A stretch of DNA of 64,000 bases, taken from assembly GCF_036507355.1 (NCBI RefSeq), contig NZ_AP027877.1, one strand, 5' to 3'. Positions 25,066 to 35,789 of this stretch are shown one piece after another. The position numbers and the translations under genes were made by a program. Numbering within the stretch: position 1 is the stretch's first letter; every line of letters begins with the position of its first letter. Source of the DNA: Escherichia coli. Its GTDB lineage: Bacteria > Pseudomonadota > Gammaproteobacteria > Enterobacterales > Enterobacteriaceae. Under the pieces are notes generated by a model. That model searched no databases. It had not been told where the DNA came from and saw only the letters and a list, made by a program, of their open reading frames with translations.

Positions 25066-25302
25066 ATGATTTGTCCACGTTGTGCCGATGAACAGATTGA
25101 AGTGATGGCGAAATCGCCGGTGAAAGATGTCTGGACGGTATATCAGTGCCAGCATTGCCTTTATACCTGGCGCGATACCGAACCGCTACGTCGCATCAGC
25201 CGCGAACATTATCCCGAAGCGTTCCGCATGACGCAGAAAGATATTGATGACGCGCCAATGGTGCCGAGCATTCCGCCGCTGCTGGCGGCAGATAAGCGCT
25301 AA
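25066..25302 (+). CDS. ecdD: small decarboxylase subunit D (zinc-ribbon-like, CxxC ... CxxC)
   Basis: 78-aa ORF MICPRCADEQIEVMAKSPVKDVWTVYQCQHCLYTWRD. Confidence 0.7.
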   Translation: MICPRCADEQIEVMAKSPVKDVWTVYQCQHCLYTWRDTEPLRRISREHYPEAFRMTQKDIDDAPMVPSIPPLLAADKR

Positions 25303-25303
25303 T

Positions 25304-25338
25304 AAAAAGTGCCGGGTAGTGGCTTTGCTTTACCCGGC
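25304..25338. terminator. bidirectional terminator between ecdD and pphB
   Basis: Hairpin gccgggta ... tacccggc with a T-run on the plus side and an A-run on the other. Confidence 0.6.
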
Positions 25339-25342
25339 CTCA

Positions 25343-25999
25343 TTACTTTATTTTATAAAATGACAGCCGCCCGCTTTTCGGCGATCCGGTATCAATATAA
25401 ATCTGGTTAGCGAACGTCTGAATGTTATCAAGCATCATATGTCCAAATATAAAATAATCAGCGCCGTTTATTTGTTGTAACTCGCCATTAAGAGATTTCT
25501 GCACACGATCAACAGGCCAAAGTAATTCGCTCTCCGCTATTTGTTTGCCAAAGAGATATTCATTGCCCGGATAATCCGCATGTGCGATGACATATTTTAT
25601 AATGTCGTTGGTAATTTCAATAATATGTGGAAGTTGATGAAATTTCAGCAATAGACCTATAGCTTCTTTTTGTTCCATATCATTTAACTCAAAGAACCAG
25701 TCACCACCGCTGGCAAGCCACATATTGCCATCGCCGGTCGCGAACGCATCCAGCGCCATTGCTTCGTGGTTGCCTTTAACGGAGATAAACCAGGGCTGGT
25801 TTAGCAGGCGCAGGACGTCAAGACTCTCCGGCCCACGATCAATATTATCGCCGACAGAAATAAGTAAGTCGGTTTCGGGGAAAAAAGAGAGTTGATGTAA
25901 GCGGGATTGTAATAACTGATATTCACCATGAATATCACCAACGACCCATATATGGCGATAGTGATGGGCATTGATTTTTTGATAGCGTGTAGATGGCAT
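25343..25999 (-). CDS. pphB: serine/threonine protein phosphatase 2
   Basis: 218-aa ORF with metallophosphatase motifs GDIHGE and GDNIDRG. Confidence 0.9.
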   Translation of the reverse strand: MPSTRYQKINAHHYRHIWVVGDIHGEYQLLQSRLHQLSFFPETDLLISVGDNIDRGPESLDVLRLLNQPWFISVKGNHEAMALDAFATGDGNMWLASGGDWFFELNDMEQKEAIGLLLKFHQLPHIIEITNDIIKYVIAHADYPGNEYLFGKQIAESELLWPVDRVQKSLNGELQQINGADYFIFGHMMLDNIQTFANQIYIDTGSPKSGRLSFYKIK

Positions 26000-26104
26000 G
26001 GTTTTACCCTGTAAAATAAGCTTTCCTATTATACAGGGTATTTTTATTTGATTCGTCAGCTGTAGATAATATTCCCGATAGTATTTTTCTACCGGGAATT
26101 ATAA

Positions 26105-28666
26105 TTACACCAGACTCTTCAAGCGATAAATCCACTCCAGCGCCTGACGCGGGGTGAGTGAATCCGGATCGAGGTTTTCCAGTGCCTCGACCGCAGGCGA
26201 GGTTTCTTCTGGCACTGACAGCAAAGACATTTGCGTACCATCCACTTGCGTAGCGGCGGCGTTCGGCGAAATGCTTTCCAGCTCACGCAGTTTTTGCCGT
26301 GCGCGCTTAATAACCTCTTTTGGCACGCCGGCCAGAGCTGCAACCGCCAGGCCGTAGCTTTTGCTCGCCGCGCCATCCTGCACGCTATGCATAAAGGCAA
26401 TGGTGTCGCCGTGCTCCAGTGCATCGAGATGCACGTTGGCGACGCCTTCCATTTTCTCCGGTAACTGGGTCAGCTCGAAATAGTGGGTAGCAAACAGCGT
26501 CAATGCCTTAATCTTATTCGCCAGATTTTCCGCGCACGCCCATGCCAGTGACAGACCATCGTAAGTGGACGTTCCACGCCCGATCTCATCCATTAACACC
26601 AGACTGTATTCGGTGGCGTTATGTAAAATATTGGCGGTTTCAGTCATCTCCACCATAAAGGTTGAGCGCCCGGAAGCCAGGTCATCTGCCGCGCCTACGC
26701 GGGTAAAGATGCGATCGATAGGTCCAATCTCGACTTTTTGTGCCGGTACATAGCTGCCGATGTAGGCCATCAGCGCAATCAGTGCGGTCTGGCGCATATA
26801 GGTACTTTTACCGCCCATGTTCGGGCCGGTAATAATCAACATCCGGCGCTGCGGTGACAGATTCAGCGGGTTGGCGATAAATGGCTCGTTCAGCACCTGT
26901 TCAACCACCGGATGGCGGCCTTCGGTAATGCGAATGCCCGGTTTATCAATAAAGGTCGGGCAGGTGTAGTTCAGGGTATAGGCCCGTTCCGCCAGGTTCA
27001 CCAGCACGTCGAGTTCCGCCAGCGCGCTCGCGCTCTGTTGCAACGCTTCCAGATGCGGCAACAGCAGGTCGAACAGCTCTTCATAAAGCTGTTTTTCCAG
27101 AGCCAGTGCTTTGCCTTTTGAAGTGAGGACTTTATCTTCGTACTCTTTTAGCTCTGGAATGATGTAGCGCTCGGCGTTTTTCAGCGTCTGGCGACGCATA
27201 TAGTTGATAGGTGCCAGATGGCTTTGCCCACGGCTGATTTGAATGTAGTAGCCGTGCACCGCATTAAAGCCAACTTTTAGCGTGTCCAGGCCGGTACGTT
27301 CACGCTCGCGGACTTCCAGACGCTCCAGATAATCGGTCGCGCCGTCAGCCAGCGCGCGCCACTCATCCAGCTCTTCGTTATAGCCCGATGCGATAACACC
27401 ACCGTCGCGTACCAGCACCGGCGGTGTGTCGATGATTGCTCGCTCCAGCAGATCGCGCAGCTCGGCAAACTCGCCCATCTTCTCACGCAGCGCCTGTACC
27501 GGTGCACTATCGACAGTTTCTAACTGCGCACGCAGCTCCGGCAGTTGCTGGAAAGCGTGGCGCATACGGGCCAGATCGCGTGGGCGAGCGGTACGCAACG
27601 CCAGACGCGCCAGAATACGTTCCAGGTCGCCGACCTGACGCAGTACCGGCTGTAGCTCGGCGGTGAAATCCTGCAATGCGCCAATAGTTTGCTGGCGCTC
27701 AAGCAACACGCGGGTATCGCGCACTGGCATATGCAGCCAGCGTTTCAGCATACGGCTGCCCATCGGCGTGACGGTGCAGTCGAGCACAGAAGCCAGCGTA
27801 TTTTCCGCACCACCCGCCAGGTTCTGGGTGATTTCCAGATTACGACGCGTCGCGGCATCCATAATGATGCTGTCCTGCTCACGTTCCATGGTGATGGAAC
27901 GAATATGCGGCAGAGTCGTACGTTGGGTATCTTTCGCATACTGCAACAGACAACCGGCAGCACAAAGTCCGCGCGGCGCGTTCTCGACGCCAAAACCGAC
28001 CAGATCGCGAGTGCCAAATTGCAGATTCAACTGCTGGCGCGCGGTGTCGATTTCAAACTCCCACAGCGGGCGACGGCGCAGGCCGCGACGGCCTTCAATT
28101 AACGACATTTCAGCAAAATCTTCTGCATACAGCAATTCCGCAGGATTAGTGCGTTGCAGTTCTGCCGCCATCGTTTCCCGGTCAGCCGGTTCGCTCAGGC
28201 GAAAACGCCCGGAGCTGATATCCAGCGTCGCGTAGCCGAAACCTTTGCTGTCCTGCCAGATAGCCGCCAGCAGGTTGTCCTGACGCTCCTGCAACAGGGC
28301 TTCATCGCTGATGGTGCCTGGCGTAACGATACGCACAACTTTGCGCTCAACCGGACCTTTGCTGGTCGCCGGATCGCCAATTTGTTCGCAGATGGCAACG
28401 GACTCGCCCTGATTCACCAGTTTGGCGAGGTAGTTTTCCACCGCATGGTAGGGAATCCCCGCCATCGGGATCGGCTCTCCCGCCGAAGCACCGCGTTTGG
28501 TCAGTGAAATATCCAGCAGTTGCGACGCGCGTTTTGCGTCGTCATAAAACAGTTCATAAAAATCACCCATCCGGTAAAACAGCAGGATCTCGGGATGCTG
28601 GGCTTTCAGCTTGAGATACTGCTGCATCATGGGCGTATGGGCGTCGAAATTTTCTATTGCACTCAT
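26105..28666 (-). CDS. mutS: DNA mismatch repair protein MutS
   Basis: 853-aa [43 protein letters not shown] with Walker [10 protein letters not shown]. Confidence 0.97.
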
Positions 28667-28912
28667 GGGGTTATGTCCGGTTCCCTGATATTAAATGGGG
28701 TGTGATGGTTTTTATTTTCGTTGTAATCACATAAGGCGCACATGATACCGGAGTTAATCATTTCAGGGGAAGAAGCGAACGGCGAGTTCTTGATGCTGGT
28801 TCCGGGAAAGATGCTGTTTTGCAGCTTTTGCGTGATGCTTATGAAGCAAGTACGCAAAATTGCGTCGGTTGAATAAACCTCCTCCTTCAGAGCCATAGTC
28901 CCCTTTCAAATT

Positions 28913-28935
28913 AAGTTGTAGTATAAATACACCTT
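28913..28935 (+). promoter_or_regulatory. candidate NsrR operator in the ygbA promoter
   Basis: AAGTTGTAGTATAAATACACCTT resembles the NsrR inverted-repeat consensus; about 20 bp upstream of ygbA. Confidence 0.45.
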
Positions 28936-28952
28936 AAGAGTATGGAGGCAGC

Positions 28953-29297
28953 ATGTCCGGCAAGCGTATCTCTCGTGAAAAACTGACGATTAAAAAAATG
29001 ATCGATCTTTATCAAGCGAAATGCCCGCAGGCGTCAGCGGAGCCGGAGCATTACGAGGCGTTGTTTGTTTACGCGCAAAAGCGGCTGGATAAATGTGTGT
29101 TCGGCGAAGAGAAGCCAGCCTGTAAGCAGTGTCCGGTGCACTGTTACCAGCCTGCAAAGCGTGAGGAGATGAAACAGATTATGCGTTGGGCCGGGCCGAG
29201 AATGCTGTGGCGTCATCCGATCTTAACCGTGCGTCATCTCATCGATGACAAGCGTCCGGTGCCAGAGTTGCCAGAAAAATATCGTCCAAAGAAATAA
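28953..29297 (+). CDS. ygbA: cysteine-rich small protein YgbA
   Basis: 114-aa ORF with CxxC pairs; between mutS and fhlA. Confidence 0.8.
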   Translation: MSGKRISREKLTIKKMIDLYQAKCPQASAEPEHYEALFVYAQKRLDKCVFGEEKPACKQCPVHCYQPAKREEMKQIMRWAGPRMLWRHPILTVRHLIDDKRPVPELPEKYRPKK

Positions 29298-29335
29298 ATC
29301 TGCCGGAGAGCCATACTCTCCGGCAAATAAGGCGC

Positions 29336-29764
29336 TTACGTTTTGGTAGCAATCAGGATTGCTGATGCTTTGATCAACGCAATAACGCGTGAGCCAGTGG
29401 TAAGTTTCATTTCATCCTGACTTTCATTTGTTACCACTGCCACAATTTCAAAACCCGCATCCGTTTTGATATGGACAGTGGCGTTCACTGCGCCTTCGGT
29501 GATTGTCGACACGCTGCCAGCAAACTGGTTGCGAGCAGAGAATTTCAGTCCACAGTCTTCCGTGGCCAGCGTTACCCACGGGGCTTTAATCAGGGCAATC
29601 GCTTCTTTCCCTTTTGCCAGCCCCAGAGCCTGTTGGCTGCTGTGTGTAACAATCGCCACCAGTTTTGCACCACCTGCCAGCGTCAGTTCTACTTCGTCAT
29701 TCACCGCGCCCATTGCTACTGCGCTAACTGTTCCGGTTAATTGATTTCTTGCTGAAACTGCCAT
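29336..29764 (-). CDS. molybdate/tungstate-binding protein with tandem TOBE (Mop) domains
   Basis: ORF 29336..29803; start at internal MAVSARNQLTGTV preceded by an AGGAGG SD; two repeats of about 70 aa, each with SARNQ ... G-V ... V-hydrophobic-K pattern. Confidence 0.7.
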   Translation of the reverse strand: MAVSARNQLTGTVSAVAMGAVNDEVELTLAGGAKLVAIVTHSSQQALGLAKGKEAIALIKAPWVTLATEDCGLKFSARNQFAGSVSTITEGAVNATVHIKTDAGFEIVAVVTNESQDEMKLTTGSRVIALIKASAILIATKT

Positions 29765-29808
29765 ACTGCCTCCTTTCATTGAATGTTGATCGAGTATAAC
29801 CACATCTG

Positions 29809-31887
29809 TTAAATCAATGCCGATTTATCAATTCCCAGTCGCTTCATCCGTGACAGCAGGGTCGTGCGTTTCAGCCCCAGACGTTGCGCAGCGCCTTTAG
29901 GCCCGGCAACCACGCCGTTAGTTTCTTTCAGCACGCGAACAATCAACTGATATTCATCTTCGCCCTCCTGAGCGACAACCGTTGCGGCAGGCGGCGTTTC
30001 AGGCTCCGGTAAAGCAATATCTGGCAATGACAGCTGCAGCACGTTGCCGCGTGTTAGCAATACCGCGCGCTCAATGACGTTTTCCAGTTCGCGTACGTTA
30101 CCCGGCCACTCCATATTGCTCAAGGTGCGCAACGTCTCGGCAGGAATGCTGTCGATATTGCGCCCCAGACGACGGGCAATTTTGAAGGTAAAGGCTTTCG
30201 CCAGCAGCGGAATATCTTCCGGACGCTCGCGTAGTGGCGGAAGGTGAATCGGGAATACGTTCAGGCGGTAATAGAGATCGCTACGGAACTCACGGTCGGC
30301 GACCATTTTTTTCAGATCGCGGTTAGTCGCGGCGATTAGACGCACGTCCGTCTGAATGATTTTGTTGCTGCCGAGGCGTTCAAACTCCTGTTCCTGCAAT
30401 ACACGCAGCAACTTCGGCTGTAACTCCAGTGGCATATCGCCCACTTCGTCGAGGAACAGGGAGCTTTTATCCGCCAGTTCAAAACGACCGATACGCTGGG
30501 CGCTGGCACCGGTAAAAGCCCCACGCTCATGACCAAACAGATCGCTCTCCAGCAATCCGGCAGGCATCGCCGCGCAGTTCATTTTGACCATGCGGCGATT
30601 ATTACGCCCACTGAGATTATGGATAGCACGGGCAATCAGCTCTTTACCCGTGCCAGTTTCACCGAGGATCAGCACGGTACTGTCACTTTGCGCCACCATT
30701 TCAACTTGTTTAAGCACGCTGTACATGGCTTCGCTGCGGCCAATAATCTCGCCAAATTCACTATCAACATTGTTGAGCTGCTCGGTCAGGGCGAGGTTTT
30801 CATCAACCAGCCGTTCTTTCAGACGATGGATTTCCTGATAGGCGAGGGCGTTATCGACAGCGATTGCCACACGTTCGGCAATCTGGCGCAGTAAATTCAG
30901 ATTGGTAGTGGTAAACACTTTCTCTTCACATTGCGCCAGTTTCAGCACGCCCAGCATGGTGTCGCCAGACATCAGCGGTAACAGGCACAAGGTTTGAATC
31001 TGGTTGCCCCAGGTGTCGAACAACATGCGTTCATAGGGGGCTAAATCATCCCGCTCGTGGAGATTAATCAGCAGCATCTCTTTACTTTTGAACACGCGTT
31101 CGGTGAGGGTTCCGGCTTCATCGACTTCGCTCTGTTCGTGGGCGGGATGCTGTTTATCAAGATAGTGAGTGGAGTAGATGTTGAGTTTGTTTTTACGGTG
31201 GCTGCGTAAGACGATACTGATATCGTCAATATCGAAATAGTAATGGATTTCTTTGGCGACTTCGCTGACCAGTTCGTCCATATCCAGGCGGGAAAGCACC
31301 GCGTTGGTGATGGCGACCAGGATGCGGAAGTTATCGCGTTCCCGGCATAACAACTCATAGTCGACATTGTTAACGACGCGACTCTGGATTTGTTCGGTGA
31401 CGACAGAAACGATCTGCGTAAATGTTTGCAGACGATTGAACTCTTTTTCGCTCCAGGGGCGATCGTCATAACGAATAAATTCACAGCCACCAAAAATATG
31501 CCCTTCCGCCGCCAGTGGCATCAGGCAATAGTGAGCAAATTTTGGGTATAGCCCACCTGCGGCCAGCTGCGGCCAGGTTTCACAAAATTCTTCGTAACTG
31601 CAATGCAGCGTATCAGGGCGCGACAAAATGCTGCGTACCGGACCGTGTGCCAGAACAGTTTCGTCTTCATATTTAATGGGGGTGTCTTTTTCACGCGATG
31701 CGTAATAAGACGCACGTTGAGTCTGCGCTTGCCACAACACAATAGCCGCGTTGTCGGCGAGCGCAGAACGCTTTACCAGTTGCGAAAGAGCCTCACACAG
31801 CGAGGCCAGATCGGGCTGCTGCAATAGTGTCCGAGTGATGTCGAACAACCCTTGCTGTCCGAGATCACTCATCGGTGTATATGACAT
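29809..31887 (-). CDS. fhlA: formate hydrogenlyase transcriptional activator (sigma-54 dependent)
   Basis: ORF 29809..31923; start at internal MSYTPMSDLGQQGLFDITR (692 aa); AAA+ motifs GETGTGKE and GAFTGA; C-terminal HTH. Confidence 0.95.
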   Translation of the reverse strand: MSYTPMSDLGQQGLFDITRTLLQQPDLASLCEALSQLVKRSALADNAAIVLWQAQTQRASYYASREKDTPIKYEDETVLAHGPVRSILSRPDTLHCSYEEFCETWPQLAAGGLYPKFAHYCLMPLAAEGHIFGGCEFIRYDDRPWSEKEFNRLQTFTQIVSVVTEQIQSRVVNNVDYELLCRERDNFRILVAITNAVLSRLDMDELVSEVAKEIHYYFDIDDISIVLRSHRKNKLNIYSTHYLDKQHPAHEQSEVDEAGTLTERVFKSKEMLLINLHERDDLAPYERMLFDTWGNQIQTLCLLPLMSGDTMLGVLKLAQCEEKVFTTTNLNLLRQIAERVAIAVDNALAYQEIHRLKERLVDENLALTEQLNNVDSEFGEIIGRSEAMYSVLKQVEMVAQSDSTVLILGETGTGKELIARAIHNLSGRNNRRMVKMNCAAMPAGLLESDLFGHERGAFTGASAQRIGRFELADKSSLFLDEVGDMPLELQPKLLRVLQEQEFERLGSNKIIQTDVRLIAATNRDLKKMVADREFRSDLYYRLNVFPIHLPPLRERPEDIPLLAKAFTFKIARRLGRNIDSIPAETLRTLSNMEWPGNVRELENVIERAVLLTRGNVLQLSLPDIALPEPETPPAATVVAQEGEDEYQLIVRVLKETNGVVAGPKGAAQRLGLKRTTLLSRMKRLGIDKSALI

Positions 31888-31960
31888 TTTGTTCTTCCAG
31901 GAAAGCACCGCAAAGCGGTGCAAAAGGTCATTGACTAACTATAGGAGATTTAGAATTTTA

Positions 31961-32971
31961 TTAGCATATACGCGGAAGCGGTTCGGCGTGTGGTAAATCG
32001 AGGGTTCGTTTCACGCCATACAGACCGGCAAGACGAACACCTTTACGTTCCACCACTTCACCAATCAGCGCCGCGTCTTTCCCCAGTGGATGGGAATGTA
32101 ACGCTGCCAGCACTTGCTCTGCCGCGTTGCGTTCAACGGCGATCACCAGTTTGCCTTCGTTGGCAAAGTTCAGGGCGTCCAGTCCCAGCAGTTCGCAAAC
32201 GCCGCGCACGGCAGGTTTAACCGGCAGTGCCGCTTCTGAAATTTCAATACCACAACCGCAGGCTGCCGCGAACTCATGTACCACCGCGTTTACACCACCA
32301 CGGGTGGCATCACGCAGCGCTTTCACGCCGGGAATGTCATGCAGCGTCTGAATAAGCGGCGTTAGTACCGCGCAGTCGCTGACCAGTTCGCCATCCAGCC
32401 CCAGCTGCTCACGCAGGTTAAGGATAGTCGCCCCGTGGTCGCCGAGTGTACCGCTAACCAGCAATACATCGCCTGCGGTTAGCGTCTGTGCGCCCCAGTG
32501 AATATTCGCCGGAATTGCGCCCATGCCCGCGGTGTTGATAAACAGTTTATCTGCCGCGCCGCGCTGCACCACTTTAGTATCGCCAGTAACGATGGCAATG
32601 CCTGCCGTGCGGGCGGTTTCTGCCATGCTGGTCACTACGGCTTTCAGTGTCTCCATCGGCAATCCTTCTTCGAGGATAAAGCCACAGGAGAGATAGCGCG
32701 GAATAGCGCCACTGACCGCAACGTCATTGGCGGTGCCGCAAATCGCCAGCTTGCCGATATTACCGCCAGGGAAGAACAGCGGGTCAATAACGTAACTGTC
32801 GGTGGAGAACGCCAGACGGTCGCCTTCCGCTACCAGTTGCGCCAGATCAAGACGTGCCTGATCTTCCTGCTCTGCCAGCCACGGGTTGGCAAAGGCTTCC
32901 ATAAACAGGCTGTTGATTAATTGCTGCATCGCCTGGCCGCCGCTGCCGTGGGCGAGTTGGATATTATTCAC
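31961..32971 (-). CDS. hypE: hydrogenase maturation carbamoyl dehydratase
   Basis: 336-aa ORF MNNIQLAHGSGGQAMQQLI; ends in the PRIC motif. Confidence 0.93.
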   Translation of the reverse strand: MNNIQLAHGSGGQAMQQLINSLFMEAFANPWLAEQEDQARLDLAQLVAEGDRLAFSTDSYVIDPLFFPGGNIGKLAICGTANDVAVSGAIPRYLSCGFILEEGLPMETLKAVVTSMAETARTAGIAIVTGDTKVVQRGAADKLFINTAGMGAIPANIHWGAQTLTAGDVLLVSGTLGDHGATILNLREQLGLDGELVSDCAVLTPLIQTLHDIPGVKALRDATRGGVNAVVHEFAAACGCGIEISEAALPVKPAVRGVCELLGLDALNFANEGKLVIAVERNAAEQVLAALHSHPLGKDAALIGEVVERKGVRLAGLYGVKRTLDLPHAEPLPRIC

Positions 32972-34089
32972 GCTTCACTCTCCTGCTGACGATACTGATA
33001 CCACGCGGCGCACGCTCCTTCGGAGGAAACCATCAGCGCACCAAACGCGGTTTGAGGATTACAGGTGTTACCAAACAGCGGGCATTGATGCGGCTTACAT
33101 TTGCCCGTTAATACTTCACCACAACGCGCACGCGGGTCATCGCAGACCTGCTGCGGTGCCGGGCGGAAATGTGCTTCGGCATCGAATCGTTGATAATCCG
33201 GCGTCAGGTGCACGCCAGAAGATTCAATCACGCCTAAGCCGCGCCATTCGCTGTCGCCGTTGACACAGAACACATCGGCAATCGCCTGTTGCGCCAGCAG
33301 GTTACCGGCATCCGGTACCACCCGACGATACTGATTCTCAACCTTGCTGTGGGCCGCTATTTTCTGCTCCACCAGCATCACCACGCCTTGCAGTAGATCA
33401 AGGGGTTCGAAACCAGCGACCACCAGCGGACGATGAAAATCGCTGGCGATAAAATTATAGGCATCAGTGCCGATAACCATACTAACGTGGCCCGGCGCGA
33501 GGAACGCGTCGATACCGTTATCCGGCTGTTCCAGCAAACTGCGAAGCGTCGGGATAAGCGTAATGTGCTGGCAGAAGAAGTAAAAATTCTGCACATCACG
33601 CGCTTTCGCCTGTTGCAGAGTGATAGCGGTGGTCGGCATGGTGGTTTCAAAACCTAAGCCGAAGAACACCACTTTGCGGGTTGGATTCTCCTGCGCCAGT
33701 TTCAACGCATCCATCGGCGAGTAAACGATGCGCACATCGGCACCGCGTGCTTTTGCCTGCAACAGCGATCCCTGTTTCCCCGGCACGCGCATGGCGTCGC
33801 CAAAGGTACAGAAGATGACTTCCGGATGGCTGGCAATCTCCACGCAGGTGTCGATTCTGTCCATCGGCAGTACGCACACCGGGCAACCCGGACCGTGGAT
33901 AAACTCAACGTTTTCAGGCAGTAACTGGTCGAGGCCGAATTTAAAAATGGCGTGGGTATGACCACCGCACACTTCCATAATCCGCAGAGGGCGTTCGGCT
34001 GTGTAAGAGAGATGTGAAGCACGTTCGCGCAGATGCTCAATTAACTGCATCACCTGTTCCGGCGCGCGATATTCATCAACAAAACGCAT
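32968..34089 (-). CDS. hypD: hydrogenase maturation factor HypD
   Basis: 373-aa ORF with CGxH and GPGCPVC motifs. Confidence 0.93.
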   Translation of the reverse strand: MRFVDEYRAPEQVMQLIEHLRERASHLSYTAERPLRIMEVCGGHTHAIFKFGLDQLLPENVEFIHGPGCPVCVLPMDRIDTCVEIASHPEVIFCTFGDAMRVPGKQGSLLQAKARGADVRIVYSPMDALKLAQENPTRKVVFFGLGFETTMPTTAITLQQAKARDVQNFYFFCQHITLIPTLRSLLEQPDNGIDAFLAPGHVSMVIGTDAYNFIASDFHRPLVVAGFEPLDLLQGVVMLVEQKIAAHSKVENQYRRVVPDAGNLLAQQAIADVFCVNGDSEWRGLGVIESSGVHLTPDYQRFDAEAHFRPAPQQVCDDPRARCGEVLTGKCKPHQCPLFGNTCNPQTAFGALMVSSEGACAAWYQYRQQESEA

Positions 34090-34361
34090 TATTTTTCCTC
34101 GCCATACAACAGCGCGCCGACATCCGGCTCAACGTCAAACATGTTTTGTAAGGCGTCGAGAGTGTCGCGTGCTTCGGCTTCATTAATTACGCTCATGGCA
34201 AAGCCAACGTGAACCAGTACCCACTGGCCCACGCGCGGCTGACCGTTTTCATCGCAGCTGCCGACTAACGTTAAATCGACATCGCGCTGAATGCCGCAGA
34301 CGTCGACTTTCGCCTGGTTGCCGTCAATGGTGCGGATCTGGCCGGGAACGCCTATGCACAT
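34089..34361 (-). CDS. hypC: hydrogenase maturation chaperone HypC
   Basis: ORF 34089..34388; start at internal MCIGVPGQ (90 aa). Confidence 0.9.
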   Translation of the reverse strand: MCIGVPGQIRTIDGNQAKVDVCGIQRDVDLTLVGSCDENGQPRVGQWVLVHVGFAMSVINEAEARDTLDALQNMFDVEPDVGALLYGEEK

Positions 34362-35224
34362 CGCTGTGTCTCCAGCCAGTTCAGCCACTGATCCATCCCT
34401 TCGCCGCTAGTGGCGGAAATAAGGATGATTTCAATTTCTGGATTGACTTCGCGGGCGCAGGCGATGCACTTCTCAACGTCAAAGTTGAGATACGGCAACA
34501 GGTCAACTTTGTTGAGCAGCATCAGCGAGGCGGCGGCAAACATATGCGGATATTTCAGCGGTTTGTCTTCACCTTCGGTAACGGAAAGCACCGCCACTTT
34601 GTGTTTTTCACCGAGATCGAAGCTGGCCGGGCATACGAGGTTGCCAACGTTTTCGATAAACAGAATACCGTTATCGTCCAGTGGCAGGCGCGGTGCGGCG
34701 TCAGCAATCATCTGTGCGTCAAGATGGCAGCCTTTACCGGTATTCACCTGAATCGCTGGTGTGCCGGTAGCGCGAATGCGTGCGGCATCGTTCACGGTTT
34801 GCTGGTCACCTTCAATAACCGCGCACGGAACACTGTCTTTCAGGCGCATTAAGGTTTCCGTCAGCAGGGTGGTTTTACCGGAACCAGGGCTGGAAACCAG
34901 GTTGAGCACCAGTTGCTTGCGGGCAGCAAAGCGCGCGCGGTTGCGTTCAGCCAGACGGTTGTTTTTGTCCAGCACGTCAATTTCGACTTCCAGCATCCGG
35001 CGCTGGCTCATGCCCGGTGCGTGAGTGCCCGCTTCGCCATGACCGTAATGCAGGTCGCCTTCTTCAGTCTGGCTGGGGGTAAATTCAGGCGCTTTAATGC
35101 CGGTGATTTTCATCTTCGGGCGTGCCGCCGGGGCAAATGGCGCGCTACGAAACGCGGAATGAGGGTTATGTTCATCACCCTCGATATACAGGTTGCCTTC
35201 ACCGCAACCGCATGTTGTACACAT
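34352..35224 (-). CDS. hypB: hydrogenase nickel incorporation GTPase HypB
   Basis: 290-aa ORF with N-terminal metal-binding [10 protein letters not shown] and P-loop GSPGSGKTT. Confidence 0.95.
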   Translation of the reverse strand: MCTTCGCGEGNLYIEGDEHNPHSAFRSAPFAPAARPKMKITGIKAPEFTPSQTEEGDLHYGHGEAGTHAPGMSQRRMLEVEIDVLDKNNRLAERNRARFAARKQLVLNLVSSPGSGKTTLLTETLMRLKDSVPCAVIEGDQQTVNDAARIRATGTPAIQVNTGKGCHLDAQMIADAAPRLPLDDNGILFIENVGNLVCPASFDLGEKHKVAVLSVTEGEDKPLKYPHMFAAASLMLLNKVDLLPYLNFDVEKCIACAREVNPEIEIILISATSGEGMDQWLNWLETQRCA

Positions 35225-35227
35225 CGC

Positions 35228-35578
35228 TCACTCCTGGTCTATTTCTATCCGCCGAATCTGTAAACCGTCGTCTGCCACAATCTGTAGCATGTCACCATGA
35301 CACTGTGGACAGCGGCGGACGCGCTGGGTCAGTAGCGTCACATACTGTTGGCATGTTTCACACCAGCATTCGGCCTCTTGTTCTTCGAGGTGCAGTTTAC
35401 AACCTTCCGCCACGCTGCCGCGGCAAACCAGATCAAAACAAAAGGCAAGAGAGCTGGTTTCGACACAAGAAAATGCGCCAATTTTGAGCCAGACCCCAGT
35501 TACGCGTTTTGCGCCGTGTTTTGCGGCCTGCTGTTCGATCAATTCCAGTGCCCGTTGGCAGAGGGTTATTTCGTGCAT
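35228..35578 (-). CDS. hypA: hydrogenase nickel insertion protein HypA
   Basis: ORF 35228..35590; start at internal MHEITLCQRA (116 aa); zinc CxxC pairs. Confidence 0.93.
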   Translation of the reverse strand: MHEITLCQRALELIEQQAAKHGAKRVTGVWLKIGAFSCVETSSLAFCFDLVCRGSVAEGCKLHLEEQEAECWCETCQQYVTLLTQRVRRCPQCHGDMLQIVADDGLQIRRIEIDQE

Positions 35579-35609
35579 ATCGCCTCCCATTAACTATTGC
35601 CAGCTACAA

Positions 35610-35625
35610 GCAATAATTGTGCCAG
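35610..35625 (-). promoter_or_regulatory. sigma-54 (-24/-12) promoter for the hyp operon
   Basis: Minus strand reads CTGGCAC-AATTA-TTGC, about 30 nt upstream of hypA. Confidence 0.6.
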
Positions 35626-35737
35626 TGTTGATTATCCCTGCAGTGAATAATGTCGATGATGTCGAAATGACACGTCGACACGGCGACGAAATTCACCAAA
35701 ATCTTAAAAATCGCTTTAATAACAATAAATTGAAAGT

Positions 35738-35752
35738 TGGCACAAAAAATGC
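35738..35752 (+). promoter_or_regulatory. sigma-54 (-24/-12) promoter for the hyc operon
   Basis: TGGCAC-N5-aTGC (GG-N10-GC) about 40 nt upstream of hycA. Confidence 0.6.
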
Positions 35753-35789
35753 TTAAAGCTGGCATCTCTGTTAAACGGGTAACCTGACA

